Assembly: GCA_021498095.1 (NCBI GenBank)
Contig: JAIZWK010000001.1
Coordinates: 4,226,768-4,258,767 of the forward strand
Direction of reading: 5' to 3'
DNA length: 32,000 nucleotides
DNA from: Candidatus Harpocratesius repetitus
Lineage (GTDB): Archaea > Asgardarchaeota > Lokiarchaeia > Sigyniarchaeales > Promethearchaeaceae
Shown here piece by piece: positions 17,987 to 27,676 of the stretch (position 1 is the first letter of the stretch; each line of letters starts with the position of its first letter). A program made the translations under genes and the position numbers. Under the pieces are notes generated by a model, which saw only the letters and a list, made by a program, of their open reading frames with translations, had not been told where the DNA came from and ran no database searches.

Positions 17987-18122
17987 ACTCTTTTTGTTTG
18001 CTATAGAGTATTTTTGCAAAATCATTCTGAAAATGGAAAAAGTAAATAGAAAATGTAAATATTTTAGGGATTCTTGCATTTTACTTATCCAGTAATTTGT
18101 TATCTAACTATATAGTAAAAGA

Positions 18123-19097
18123 ATGAGAATAATGGGACACAATTTTAATGAAGTTCATAATCGTAAAGACACCGATTCAATTAAATGGAATCCGAAATTA
18201 TTGGAAGAATGGTTCCATGTTAAAGATGTTCTACCCTTGTGGGTGGCAGATATGGATTTTCGCGCACATGAATCAATTATTAAAGCTATAAAAGATCGGG
18301 CTGAACATGGCATTTTTGGTTATTGTTTTGCTGATGATAGTTATTATCACTCCGTTATAAATTGGTTTGATCAAAACCATAATTGGAAAATTAAAAAAAA
18401 TTGGATAGTAATCATTCCTGGAGTTGTCCCTGCTATAAATATGCTGATTCAAGCTTTTTCTCGACCGGGAGATCAGATTATAATCCAAGAACCTGTTTAC
18501 TATCCTTTCAAAGAAGGAATTCTCGCTAATGGGCGTCGACCTTTAAAATTGTTAATGGTCGATATGAGATGGATTTTGAAGATTTAGAAAAGAAAATTCA
18601 AAAAAAGCGCGTCAAAATGCTAATTTTATGTTCACCTCACAATCCTGTTGGACGTGTTTGGAGTAGAGAGAAATGAATTCAAAACGACCTTGCAAGCTTT
18701 GGGATTATCAGTAGGTGCTAATATTTTTGGAATGCTTGCTATAAAGACAGCATATAATAAAGGAAAAGACTGGTTAAAAGATGTTCTTAATTATATTTAT
18801 CAAAATTATCTCTTTTTAAAGCAAGATCTCTCACAATATTTGCCGGAAGCCATTGTATTTCCTTTAGAAGGAACTTATTTAGCTTGGGTCGATTTCCATT
18901 CCTTAGGTATTACTTCAAAAGAATTGGATCTTCTTCTTAAGCATCAAGCTAAAGTATTACTTGATGACGGTGGGATGTTTGGAGAATGTAGCCAAGGATT
19001 TCAGCGTTTTAATATTGCATGCCCACGTAAAGTTTTAGAAGAGACTTTAAATAGAATAGTTAATGCAGCTAGCATCTATATTCAAGAAAATCATTAG
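18123..19097 (+). pseudogene. patB: PatB/MalY-family PLP-dependent cystathionine beta-lyase pseudogene
   Basis: SIKW, LPLWVADMDF, GIFGY, PVYYPF; frameshift near 18545; [15 protein letters not shown] joined directly to NEFKTTL, so the SDEIH and SKTFN segments are missing; C-terminal EGTYLAWVDF and QRFNIACP. Confidence 0.85.
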
Positions 19098-19921
19098 TTT
19101 TCTTTTTTTCTATTCTTTTTTTTACGCGGTTTTATAAAAATTGCCGCTTTTTGATGGCATATCTCTTGAAACGGGCATTCTGCACATTTTGGTTGTTTTC
19201 GACAGACTCGTACACAGTGTTGTACAATTAATGCATGATACTCATTAAATACTGCTACATTGGGTTCTAAGTTATGGTGAAAAAAGGTCTGAAGTTCATC
19301 ATATTTCGGTTTTTGCGCAAAATATCCCATATATAGCATTAATCGATATGTATAAGCATCTATTACAAAAATAGGTCGATTGAATCCATATAATAAAATT
19401 GAGTCTGCAGTTTCTGGACCAATTCCCTTAACTTGAAGAAGAGCTTTGCGTAATTTCATCGTTTCTATGAATTTTAGATCTGATATTGATTGATTTTGCA
19501 AGAATGTGCACAAATTTTGAAGTTTAATTGCTTTTTGATTGTAATAACCTGATGATCTGATAATTTCAGCTAAGAAATCTTGTTTACATTCAAGAATTTT
19601 CTTCTTATTAAGCAATCCATGTTTTGCTAAGTTTCCTAAAGCCTTATCTGCATTTTCCCAAGAGGTGTTCTGAGTTAAAATTGCACCGATCATTATTTCA
19701 AAAATATCTTCTTCTGAATGAGGATAATTGTATTCTCCTGGATGATACCAAGTATTTTTCCCACGTTCTGTTGGATTCTGTCTTGATTTTTGCAATCTCA
19801 TTAATGGCCACCATCCTTGTGGGCCATATTTTGAATAAAGCAAATTATATAACTCATTCAATTCAGGTAAATCTTGAACTTTGTGTTGTCTTATAGATCT
19901 TATAGGTTTTTGATCAGCCAT
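19094..19921 (-). CDS. Endonuclease III-related HhH-GPD protein (MJ1434-like)
   Basis: YGPQGWWP, GAILTQNTSW, VKGIGPETADSILLY (Glu at the lyase Lys position), FVIDAYT and an Fe-S Cys motif. Confidence 0.88.
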   Translation of the reverse strand: MADQKPIRSIRQHKVQDLPELNELYNLLYSKYGPQGWWPLMRLQKSRQNPTERGKNTWYHPGEYNYPHSEEDIFEIMIGAILTQNTSWENADKALGNLAKHGLLNKKKILECKQDFLAEIIRSSGYYNQKAIKLQNLCTFLQNQSISDLKFIETMKLRKALLQVKGIGPETADSILLYGFNRPIFVIDAYTYRLMLYMGYFAQKPKYDELQTFFHHNLEPNVAVFNEYHALIVQHCVRVCRKQPKCAECPFQEICHQKAAIFIKPRKKKNRKKEN

Positions 19922-19960
19922 CCTTTATCTCCATTAAAAAAACAGAATTTAGCATAAAGA

Positions 19961-21073
19961 TTAAGAGAAATGCGTTATAACATAATCGAAGCAAATTTGA
20001 CAAGGATTCTCGAAATGATTGATCTTTTCTTTAAAATTATTGCTAAAACGATTTATTTCTGGGCCATTATCAAGAATTTCAAGTGCTTTTTTCACAATTT
20101 CATTTGGATTTCGAATGTGATGCATCGGAAAGCCATTTTCTACCAGAAAAATTTCTTGAGGTGCGGTTTTTCCTGGAAAAAATTCAATACTGGGAACATT
20201 CAGCAAACTGGATTCACGCACTATCGTTCCCCCTCCACTTATCACCAACGCTGAATAAAAACATAGATCCACTATATGTGGTAAATATTGTGTAATAATA
20301 ATGTTTGAATGTGTTGTATAGGTGCTTAATTGTTCTCTAAGCCATTTTTCTTGTTTATCTGATCTTACTAAAAGAAAATAAGTCATTTCTGGATGTTTTT
20401 CATAGATTTCGGGGAAAAATTGATTGATTAATGTTTCTTCAGGCTTTAATTTGTTTAAAAAATAATCTGCAAATGCTGGTTCACTCCTGATTAGCACAAA
20501 TTGACCCCTTTTCAAGTTAAATTTTTCTAGAACTTTTGGATTTGGAGTATAGTGGCTCAACCAAGCAATTTCATCAATGCCGTTGTATCTTATAAATTTA
20601 TCGGGATGTGCATAAATATTTAAATAATCTTTCAAAGGGATGCATTTGGGTGTAATTACTTTATCTATAAAGGGAAACAACTGCTTAGAAACAAAATAAC
20701 TGCGGGGTTCATCGCTAAATCCAATTGAAGGAATTCCTAATCCCATAGATAGTCGAGGACCTTCCACTGAACCGAAAGTAACAAAAAAATCAGGTTTGAA
20801 TGGAACTACAACGTCAAATAAACCTTGTAAACGTTCAATATATGCTTGCATTTTGCCTTCGATGGTATCTCCTCCATGTTTTCCAACAGCAGTATATGGA
20901 ATCTGAAGATCATCGAGTATTTTATATGTAGAATCAAAATCTCGAGCAGTGATCAAAAGTTGTGCTCCTTCATTTTGAAACCATTGAATCATTTGTGCGA
21001 ACATAATTGGTGCTTTTGGTTCTTCCAAATCAATCCATATTTTTTTCTCAGTTAACCGCTTCACGCTTAACAA
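19961..21073 (-). CDS. DUF354-family protein (GT-B-like fold)
   Basis: KIWIDL, LITARDF, VGKHGG and ISGGGTIVRESSLLNVPSI. Confidence 0.8.
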   Translation of the reverse strand: MLSVKRLTEKKIWIDLEEPKAPIMFAQMIQWFQNEGAQLLITARDFDSTYKILDDLQIPYTAVGKHGGDTIEGKMQAYIERLQGLFDVVVPFKPDFFVTFGSVEGPRLSMGLGIPSIGFSDEPRSYFVSKQLFPFIDKVITPKCIPLKDYLNIYAHPDKFIRYNGIDEIAWLSHYTPNPKVLEKFNLKRGQFVLIRSEPAFADYFLNKLKPEETLINQFFPEIYEKHPEMTYFLLVRSDKQEKWLREQLSTYTTHSNIIITQYLPHIVDLCFYSALVISGGGTIVRESSLLNVPSIEFFPGKTAPQEIFLVENGFPMHHIRNPNEIVKKALEILDNGPEINRFSNNFKEKINHFENPCQICFDYVITHFS

Positions 21074-21126
21074 AAATATGTATAATTAAAAAATTTATCT
21101 TATAAGATATATTTAAAAATTAGATA

Positions 21127-21173
21127 TTATCGAAATTTTTCACTTTATCGAAATTTTTCACATTATCGATAAT
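21127..21173. promoter_or_regulatory. 18-bp-period direct repeats ending in a 12-bp palindrome, in a divergent promoter (candidate operator)
   Basis: TTATCGAAATTTTTCAC at 21127-21143 and 21145-21161, then ATTATCGATAAT at 21162-21173. Confidence 0.45.
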
Positions 21174-21198
21174 TATTAATCAGATACTGGTGAATAAA

Positions 21199-21798
21199 AT
21201 GACTGAACAAGAAAAGAAATTGAATTATACCGTGCAAAAACATGCAATTTTAAATAAACAGCCAGTTTATGGACCGAATTCACATTTCGCTGGCCAAGAA
21301 AAGACTTTACCTCCTACAGAAATAGGTGAAGGCTCTATAATTTGTTCTCATGCAGTAATTTATGCAGGTACAAAATTAGGAAAGAAAGTTTTCGTAGCTG
21401 ATGGTGCTTCAATTCGAGAAAATGTTACCATTGATGATATGGCGGTAATTGGAAGAATGGTCACAGTAGAGTGTAATACAAAAATTGGAAAGCGTTCAAA
21501 AATCCAAACTGCAGCTCACATTACCGGGGATTGTATAATAGGTGATGATGTTTTTATTGGTCCTGAAGTGACAACTATGAATGATCTCTATATGGGGGCA
21601 AAAGAAACTGAGATGAAGGGACCAATTATTGAAGATGGGGCATTGATCGGAGGAAATGCGACATTATTACCCGGAGTAAGAATCGGAAAAAATGCAGTAG
21701 TTGGCGCCGGTTCTGTTGTTACTAAGGATGTACCTGCAAATGAAGTTTGGGTGGGTAATCCTGCAAAAAAAATAAAAATGAGAGATTGGAATCAATAA
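21199..21798 (+). CDS. Hexapeptide-repeat (left-handed beta-helix) sugar N-acetyltransferase, WbpD/WlbB-like
   Basis: Hexapeptide repeats; [13 protein letters not shown]; [33 protein letters not shown]; GNPAK. Confidence 0.88.
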   Translation: MTEQEKKLNYTVQKHAILNKQPVYGPNSHFAGQEKTLPPTEIGEGSIICSHAVIYAGTKLGKKVFVADGASIRENVTIDDMAVIGRMVTVECNTKIGKRSKIQTAAHITGDCIIGDDVFIGPEVTTMNDLYMGAKETEMKGPIIEDGALIGGNATLLPGVRIGKNAVVGAGSVVTKDVPANEVWVGNPAKKIKMRDWNQ

Positions 21799-21834
21799 TA
21801 TCAAATATTTTTTCATTTACGAATTTTTCATTCA

Positions 21835-23178
21835 TTAATTTTCCTTTGTTTTATGTTGATGTCGGCGTAATGTCTGCCAGAAATATGCAAGCGTGATAAT
21901 ATACCACAAAATCAAGATTACTCCGCCAATTAATATACCAAACAACCAATTAACTGGCTTGCTAATAATAAATTGATCAATAATAACTAAAAATACAAAA
22001 GCTATTCCCAATAAAACAATCATTATAATTGAAAGCCCCAATATTTTAGGAAGAAGAGAAATTACTAGTAAAATCACGATTAGGCTAATAGAGACAACTC
22101 CTACTATTTTAAATGTATCATAAGGACTGAAGAAGGGAAGCATTAATAATGCTGCAAGAAGGCTGAAAACACCTGAAATTATCGAAAGTCCAAAAAAATG
22201 ACTAACTAGGTCTTTTTCACTTAATGCACTTGTGGCTGTAAGTAAACGGGGTAATGTCAGTGGTGCATCTGGTTCTTTTGAAGCAATAATCAAATCATTT
22301 TCAAGTAAATAAATATCCTTTTTTCCTATGGTATGACTTTCCTTAAAACCGCGAACAGAGGCGATTACATAAAAACTATTGAAAATTTGTGGTAACATGA
22401 CCAATATCATAATTGTTTCTATCGATCCAAATATTCCTACCAAAGCAATGGATGCTCCAATTACTAAAGTCCCAGTATCGCCAGGAAAAATTTTAGCGGG
22501 ATATTTATTATATAAGAAAAATGCAAAAATTCCTGCAAATGTAATCATTCCATAAATTATTCCTTGACTGGAACCTATTAGAAAAGAAGCCAAAATCATA
22601 AAAATCAAAGCGATTGAAGTTGTTCCAGAACCTTCGCCATTATAACCTTCCAGCATATTAACCGTATTTGTCATAACAATTATAATTATAGGAAGAGTGA
22701 GTGGATAGATAATAGTTAATTGAAGACGACCTAAAACAGGTAAAACTGGATTTGATACTTTTATAAAACCAACAAATGGTAAATTTGCTATAAAGACAGG
22801 AAGGCCTGTAACAAACATTAGAATAATTTTTTTTAATGAAGATAACTGTTTTCGATCATCAATCCATCCAACTATCGTTGCTATGGCAATTGTAAGATTA
22901 AATATAAACAGTTCATGCCAAAAAATTGGAAAAACAAGACTAATCAGCGTAAAACCGATAATAATTGTGATTGAAAACCCAATTCCTCCTGATTCTGCTG
23001 TTTCGGGGCGATCTTTTTTATGAATATCGTATCCTACATATCCTTTTCGCTTCATCCATGAAATTATATATGGATACAGCCAAAATGTAAAAGTAAAAAC
23101 AAAAAGAGTAATCAAGATAAGAAGTAGTATTTGGTACCATTCCATTTGTAATTGGGAAAGAGGAATCATTGTATTCAC
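21835..23178 (-). CDS. UDP-GlcNAc:polyprenyl/dolichyl-phosphate GlcNAc-1-phosphotransferase (MraY/GPT family, AglH/DPAGT1-like)
   Basis: HKKDRPETAESGG, GWIDD, NTVNMLEGYNG, YNKYPAKIFPGDTG, PQIFNSF; many TM helices and an extended TM C-terminus. Confidence 0.88.
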   Translation of the reverse strand: MNTMIPLSQLQMEWYQILLLILITLFVFTFTFWLYPYIISWMKRKGYVGYDIHKKDRPETAESGGIGFSITIIIGFTLISLVFPIFWHELFIFNLTIAIATIVGWIDDRKQLSSLKKIILMFVTGLPVFIANLPFVGFIKVSNPVLPVLGRLQLTIIYPLTLPIIIIVMTNTVNMLEGYNGEGSGTTSIALIFMILASFLIGSSQGIIYGMITFAGIFAFFLYNKYPAKIFPGDTGTLVIGASIALVGIFGSIETIMILVMLPQIFNSFYVIASVRGFKESHTIGKKDIYLLENDLIIASKEPDAPLTLPRLLTATSALSEKDLVSHFFGLSIISGVFSLLAALLMLPFFSPYDTFKIVGVVSISLIVILLVISLLPKILGLSIIMIVLLGIAFVFLVIIDQFIISKPVNWLFGILIGGVILILWYIITLAYFWQTLRRHQHKTKEN

Positions 23179-23231
23179 TTAGTTGAATAAAAGCATTGTA
23201 TATTAAATGAATTCTGATACAAATAGAATAA

Positions 23232-23897
23232 TTACTCCATATGTTCATTGAGGAGTGGAATGGCAAATATCTCCCAAATAGGGCGATTCTCTAAGTTGAC
23301 CTTTTTTACTACTTTTAATAATTGTCGATGGTAAATTTCAGGAATTGAATTAAATAATTTTTCTAAAATATTTTCTCCTAATGAAATTCTTTCCATAAGA
23401 GGAACGATCCATTTTTGTGGGATTTTTGCATAGATTCCTTCAATTAATATCAATTTCTGATATAGTTCAAGGGTTTCTGAGCCATATTTGTCAATTAAAT
23501 TATCAATAGTTGTTCTAAATGACTCAAATTCACTAGCTCGATAGATTCTTTTCTTTTCTCCTGAAATTAATTCACTTTCATATGCTGCTTCAAATAATTC
23601 TGTTATTTCCTTTGCCATTCCAGATAAAATAGGTTCAATCATATAACCCAGAGGCATAGAGTAGTTTATCATCAATACTGAAAATACATAAATTCCAGGG
23701 CTGAAACGAGCTTCTAAATTACCTGAACGAATTAGTGAAACACCCTCTGGAAAACCAATTTCTTGAGCAAATCCATTAAGTGCAGTTAAAAAACCCCCTA
23801 TGAGTTGATCACGGTTATTCTGATCACTATTTATGATATCATATTTATGAAGAAGCGTGCCTGTTTTTGTTATTATATATATTTCTACTAACACCAC
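23232..23897 (-). CDS. Longin-like domain protein (Asgard type) with a C-terminal helical extension
   Basis: EIYIITKTGTLLH, LIGGFLTALNGFAQEI, beta strands, then ELFEAAY...FESFRTTIDNLI, matching the longin beta-alpha pattern as recognised by eye. Confidence 0.65.
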   Translation of the reverse strand: MVLVEIYIITKTGTLLHKYDIINSDQNNRDQLIGGFLTALNGFAQEIGFPEGVSLIRSGNLEARFSPGIYVFSVLMINYSMPLGYMIEPILSGMAKEITELFEAAYESELISGEKKRIYRASEFESFRTTIDNLIDKYGSETLELYQKLILIEGIYAKIPQKWIVPLMERISLGENILEKLFNSIPEIYHRQLLKVVKKVNLENRPIWEIFAIPLLNEHME

Positions 23898-23968
23898 TTT
23901 TTATCAAAGTACAATAAGAAGATATAACCTAAAAAATGAAGGAATCTTTGCACTATTTGGCAATTATC

Positions 23969-25117
23969 TTATCTTTCTGTAAAATATTTTAGGAGAGTTT
24001 CGGTGATGTAATCAATTTGGCTATCCGTCATGCTAGAGACCATTGGGAGTTCAAAATGATTTCTTGCAATATGCTCAGCATTAGGACAGTGTGTTTTAGA
24101 ATAATCCGGAAAATTGACCACACGAGCCATATAGAAATTATTAATATTTTGGTATGCTGGTTGCTCATAAGACAAGACTGAATAAATTGTGCGTGACGAG
24201 ATATGGTTTATCTTAAGATATTTTATTAAATCCTGCGGTGTAATTGATGGATCATTAATTACTGGAGCAAAAATATAATCTGACATTTGATGACCAGGTA
24301 ACTGCTTTTGAAGCCGTAAAAATTTCTGTTCACCCAAAATTTTTCTATAAAGATTCCCATTTCGATGTCGTCTGGCAAGTATTTTTTCTGCTCGATCCAT
24401 TTGAACATTCATTATAGCTGCAGACATATCTGTAATTCGATAATTGAAGCCAATTCGATAATGGTTATAACCACCTTTTGGATCACGACCGTGATTTTTC
24501 AAACTTTGGATTTTATCATATACTTCTTCAGAATTACAGACAATTGCTCCACCTTCACCTCCAACTAGGTTTTTTGTTCCATAAAATGAAAAAGAGCCGA
24601 TATCTCCGAAATTACCAACATGAACTCCATTAATACGAGCATCATGAGCTTGAGCGCAATCTTCAATCACTTTTAGATCATGCTTTTCAGCAATCTCCAT
24701 GATTTCTTGCATATTACACGGATTTCCAAAAATATGAACCGGCATAATTGCCTTAGTTTTTTCTGTTATTGCTTGTTCTATTTTATTAGGATCTAAATTA
24801 AATGTCTCTGGATCAACATCAACAAACTTTGGGATTGCTCCATTAAATAGAATAGAATTAGATGAAGCAATAAAGGTAAAAGGTGTGGTAATAACTTCAT
24901 CACCTGGACCAATATCCATTGCAGTTAATGCAAGGTGAAGAGCGCAAGTTCCATTCGTAACAGTTGAAACATATTTACTTCCTGTAAACTGTCCAAATTT
25001 TTTTTCAAATTCCCGAGCATTTTTACCTTCGATTAAATAACGACTTTTCACGACTTCTTCTACAGCTTTAAGTTCTTGCTCAGCGATATTAACATCAACA
25101 ACAGGAATATCTTTCAT
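23969..25117 (-). CDS. DegT/DnrJ/EryC1/StrS-family PLP sugar aminotransferase
   Basis: NGTCALHLAL, GPGDEVITTPFTFIAS, MPVHIFG, EDCAQAH, SFYGTKN (PLP Lys) and GFNYR; true start is ATG 25117. Confidence 0.93.
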   Translation of the reverse strand: MKDIPVVDVNIAEQELKAVEEVVKSRYLIEGKNAREFEKKFGQFTGSKYVSTVTNGTCALHLALTAMDIGPGDEVITTPFTFIASSNSILFNGAIPKFVDVDPETFNLDPNKIEQAITEKTKAIMPVHIFGNPCNMQEIMEIAEKHDLKVIEDCAQAHDARINGVHVGNFGDIGSFSFYGTKNLVGGEGGAIVCNSEEVYDKIQSLKNHGRDPKGGYNHYRIGFNYRITDMSAAIMNVQMDRAEKILARRHRNGNLYRKILGEQKFLRLQKQLPGHQMSDYIFAPVINDPSITPQDLIKYLKINHISSRTIYSVLSYEQPAYQNINNFYMARVVNFPDYSKTHCPNAEHIARNHFELPMVSSMTDSQIDYITETLLKYFTER

Positions 25118-25243
25118 TTTTTTTATCGTGATAAGAAAGGATCCATGCATCAAAAAATTTATTTTACAAGGGTTTTTACAAGAGTTATCATTATTCAAAG
25201 AACTTGATTTATTTTGAAAAAAATCCTTCATTTGAGATTTAAA

Positions 25244-26464
25244 ATGGACACAGAAACACAGCAAAAATTGAAAAGTGATTATTATGAATTGCTTCAATAT
25301 TTTGAAGAACAACAAGCTATAAGCAATTTATCGCAAATCAATCTAAAATGCTCCAAGCAAGAAGGAGAAAAGATTGTTCTTGCTTATCCTATTCAAGGGT
25401 TGTTAAAATATCATGGAATGACTGATCCTTTAGAGAGAATTGCCTATTTCTCAAGTATTTCTCTAAATAATGGAGTAGGTGCAACAATTACCTACGTTCA
25501 CCTTTCACGACAACGTGAAAAGGATATCTTGATATTAAATGGAACTAAAATCGATGTTTCATCAAGAATCTATAAGCGAGTATTGCAGCAATTAAATCTA
25601 ATTCGCGCTATGACCCAATTATCTAGTAAGGCATTGATTATCAGCAGAAATGTATATTTTTCTGACAATAATCCAAATACTTTTAGAACAATTAAAGAAA
25701 AGGGATTGGGAACTTCTGCTTCAGCAGGAGCGGCAATTGCGACTGCAATCATGCATATAATATATCCAAATCGTTCTGAAATCTTAAATAATCCTCAAAT
25801 TAGAAGTATTTTTGCTCGATTTTTAGCAGGTAGTGCTTCACGAAGTGCTACAGGTGGAATCAGTCTTTGGTTATCGCATCCTTCTGCAAAATCATTAGAG
25901 TCATTCAGTCTCAGACTTGATCAATTAGAAGATCGAAATTTCTTAAATGAGATTGTTCTTTTTACAATTCCCTTAATATCAGAATTAAAAACTGAACATG
26001 CTCATACTAGTGCTCCAAATTCACCTTATTTTCAAAAATGGGCACTCCAAAGAAAAGATAAAATTATCCAATTTATTGAAGCAATTAAAACACATGACTT
26101 TAAACGTTTAGGGGAATTAGCAGAGGAAGATACACTTGCTTTGCATGCTATTTCGATGACGACAGGTATTAATGACTATATTTTAGCTTGGAAATCTGAA
26201 ACCTTATTAATCATGAAGTTGATCCAAAGAATGCGAAAAGAAAAGAAGATCCCAATATATTATTCAATTGATACTGGTCCCACAGTTGTAATTATAACAC
26301 TTAAATCATTCAAAGATTTTGTTTTTACGGAATTGAAGAAACATTTTCCAAAAGTTCCAATATTAATAAGTAAAATTCAAGGTGCTCCAAAAATTATTGA
26401 ACCAGATTCACATGAGTACTCTCTTATTCGTGAGGACCTATTAAAATTTCGACATTTCCGTTAA
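25244..26464 (+). CDS. mvaD: GHMP-family (phospho)mevalonate decarboxylase, haloarchaea-type PMD-like
   Basis: AYPIQGLLKYHGM, SSISL, GLGTSASAGAA, SASRSATG, AEEDTL and SIDTGPTV. Confidence 0.85.
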   Translation: MDTETQQKLKSDYYELLQYFEEQQAISNLSQINLKCSKQEGEKIVLAYPIQGLLKYHGMTDPLERIAYFSSISLNNGVGATITYVHLSRQREKDILILNGTKIDVSSRIYKRVLQQLNLIRAMTQLSSKALIISRNVYFSDNNPNTFRTIKEKGLGTSASAGAAIATAIMHIIYPNRSEILNNPQIRSIFARFLAGSASRSATGGISLWLSHPSAKSLESFSLRLDQLEDRNFLNEIVLFTIPLISELKTEHAHTSAPNSPYFQKWALQRKDKIIQFIEAIKTHDFKRLGELAEEDTLALHAISMTTGINDYILAWKSETLLIMKLIQRMRKEKKIPIYYSIDTGPTVVIITLKSFKDFVFTELKKHFPKVPILISKIQGAPKIIEPDSHEYSLIREDLLKFRHFR

Positions 26465-26498
26465 TTTATCTAAATATACAGAATTCTGTTGATTAATT

Positions 26499-27644
26499 AT
26501 GAGTCTTTCAAAATTTTACAAAAAATCAATTAAAGAACGCCGCTTAATAATTCAATCATTAAAAGATATTCCTTTATCAGAAATGAATTTATTAAATCAT
26601 GAGAGTTATATACCAAATGATAAACTAGATTTAATGATTGAGAATGTTTTGGGATACTATCCTCTTCCATTTGGTATTGCTACTCATTTTAATGTAAACA
26701 AAAAGGAATATCTTATTCCTATGGTAATTGAAGAACCATCTGTTGTTGCTGCTGCTTCAAAATCTGCAAAAATTGCCAAGATTCATGGAGGTTTTTCATC
26801 TGGACCAATTCAACCTCTTATGATCGGTCAAATTCAAATATGTAATATTGATTCAAAGGAAGAACGGAATGAAATTTTCGAATATATTCATAAAAATAAA
26901 GACAATTTAATTTGTTTTTTAAACAAGCAAGATCCTGTCCTAATTGAACACAATGGTGGAGTTAAAGACATTCAGATAAGGGAAATTACTAATAATGATC
27001 AATTATTTATTATCCTTCATGTAATCGTAGATGTTCGTGATGCCATGGGTGCAAATATTATAAATACGATGGTTGAACGTTTGGCAGATAAACTTCGCCC
27101 AGAAATTCCTGGAAGAATCAATCTAAGAATCATATCAAATCTAGCAATTCATAGGGTTGCTAAATCTCGTGCAATTTTTGATAAAGATGCTCTAGGTGGG
27201 AAAGAAATAGTAAAGAATATTCTCGATGCTTATTTTTTTGCATTAAATGATCCATTTCGTGCAGCAACTCATAATAAAGGTATTATGAATGGTATAGATG
27301 CAGTCGCTATTGCTACAGGGAATGATTTTCGTGCATTAGAAGCAGGAGCACATGCTTTTGCATCATTTTCAGGTCAATATTTACCTTTAACACGTTATTT
27401 TCTCCATCCAGAGGGGCATCTCATTGGAGAAATAGAATTACCATTAGCAATGGGAACAATCGGGGGAATGATTTCCAAACATCCCGGTGCCCAACTTAGT
27501 TTAAAGATCATGGATATTAATTCAGCAGAAGAATTATGTCAAGTTACCGCTGCTGTTGGATTAGCTCAAAACCTCGCTGCTTTAAGAGCATTAGCAGATG
27601 AAGGAATTCAAAAAGGTCATATGAAATTACACAAGCGAATATAA
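26499..27644 (+). CDS. mvaA: Class II HMG-CoA reductase
   Basis: IENVLG, EEPSVVAA, DAMGAN, ATHNKGIMNG, GNDFRALEAGAH and EGIQKGHMKLH. Confidence 0.93.
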   Translation: MSLSKFYKKSIKERRLIIQSLKDIPLSEMNLLNHESYIPNDKLDLMIENVLGYYPLPFGIATHFNVNKKEYLIPMVIEEPSVVAAASKSAKIAKIHGGFSSGPIQPLMIGQIQICNIDSKEERNEIFEYIHKNKDNLICFLNKQDPVLIEHNGGVKDIQIREITNNDQLFIILHVIVDVRDAMGANIINTMVERLADKLRPEIPGRINLRIISNLAIHRVAKSRAIFDKDALGGKEIVKNILDAYFFALNDPFRAATHNKGIMNGIDAVAIATGNDFRALEAGAHAFASFSGQYLPLTRYFLHPEGHLIGEIELPLAMGTIGGMISKHPGAQLSLKIMDINSAEELCQVTAAVGLAQNLAALRALADEGIQKGHMKLHKRI

Positions 27645-27676
27645 AGAAAACTTAATCACTTTATCATTTGATTATT

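Noticed and set aside
17860-18122. SAM-I riboswitch, T-box or SECIS upstream of patB
   Set aside because: Only a CTTATCCAG-like fragment and one hairpin are present; the conserved cores of those RNAs could not be found by eye.
25118-25315. Overlap between the extended DegT and mvaD ORFs
   Set aside because: Artefact of longest-ORF calling; homology starts at ATG 25117 and ATG 25244, leaving a normal divergent promoter.
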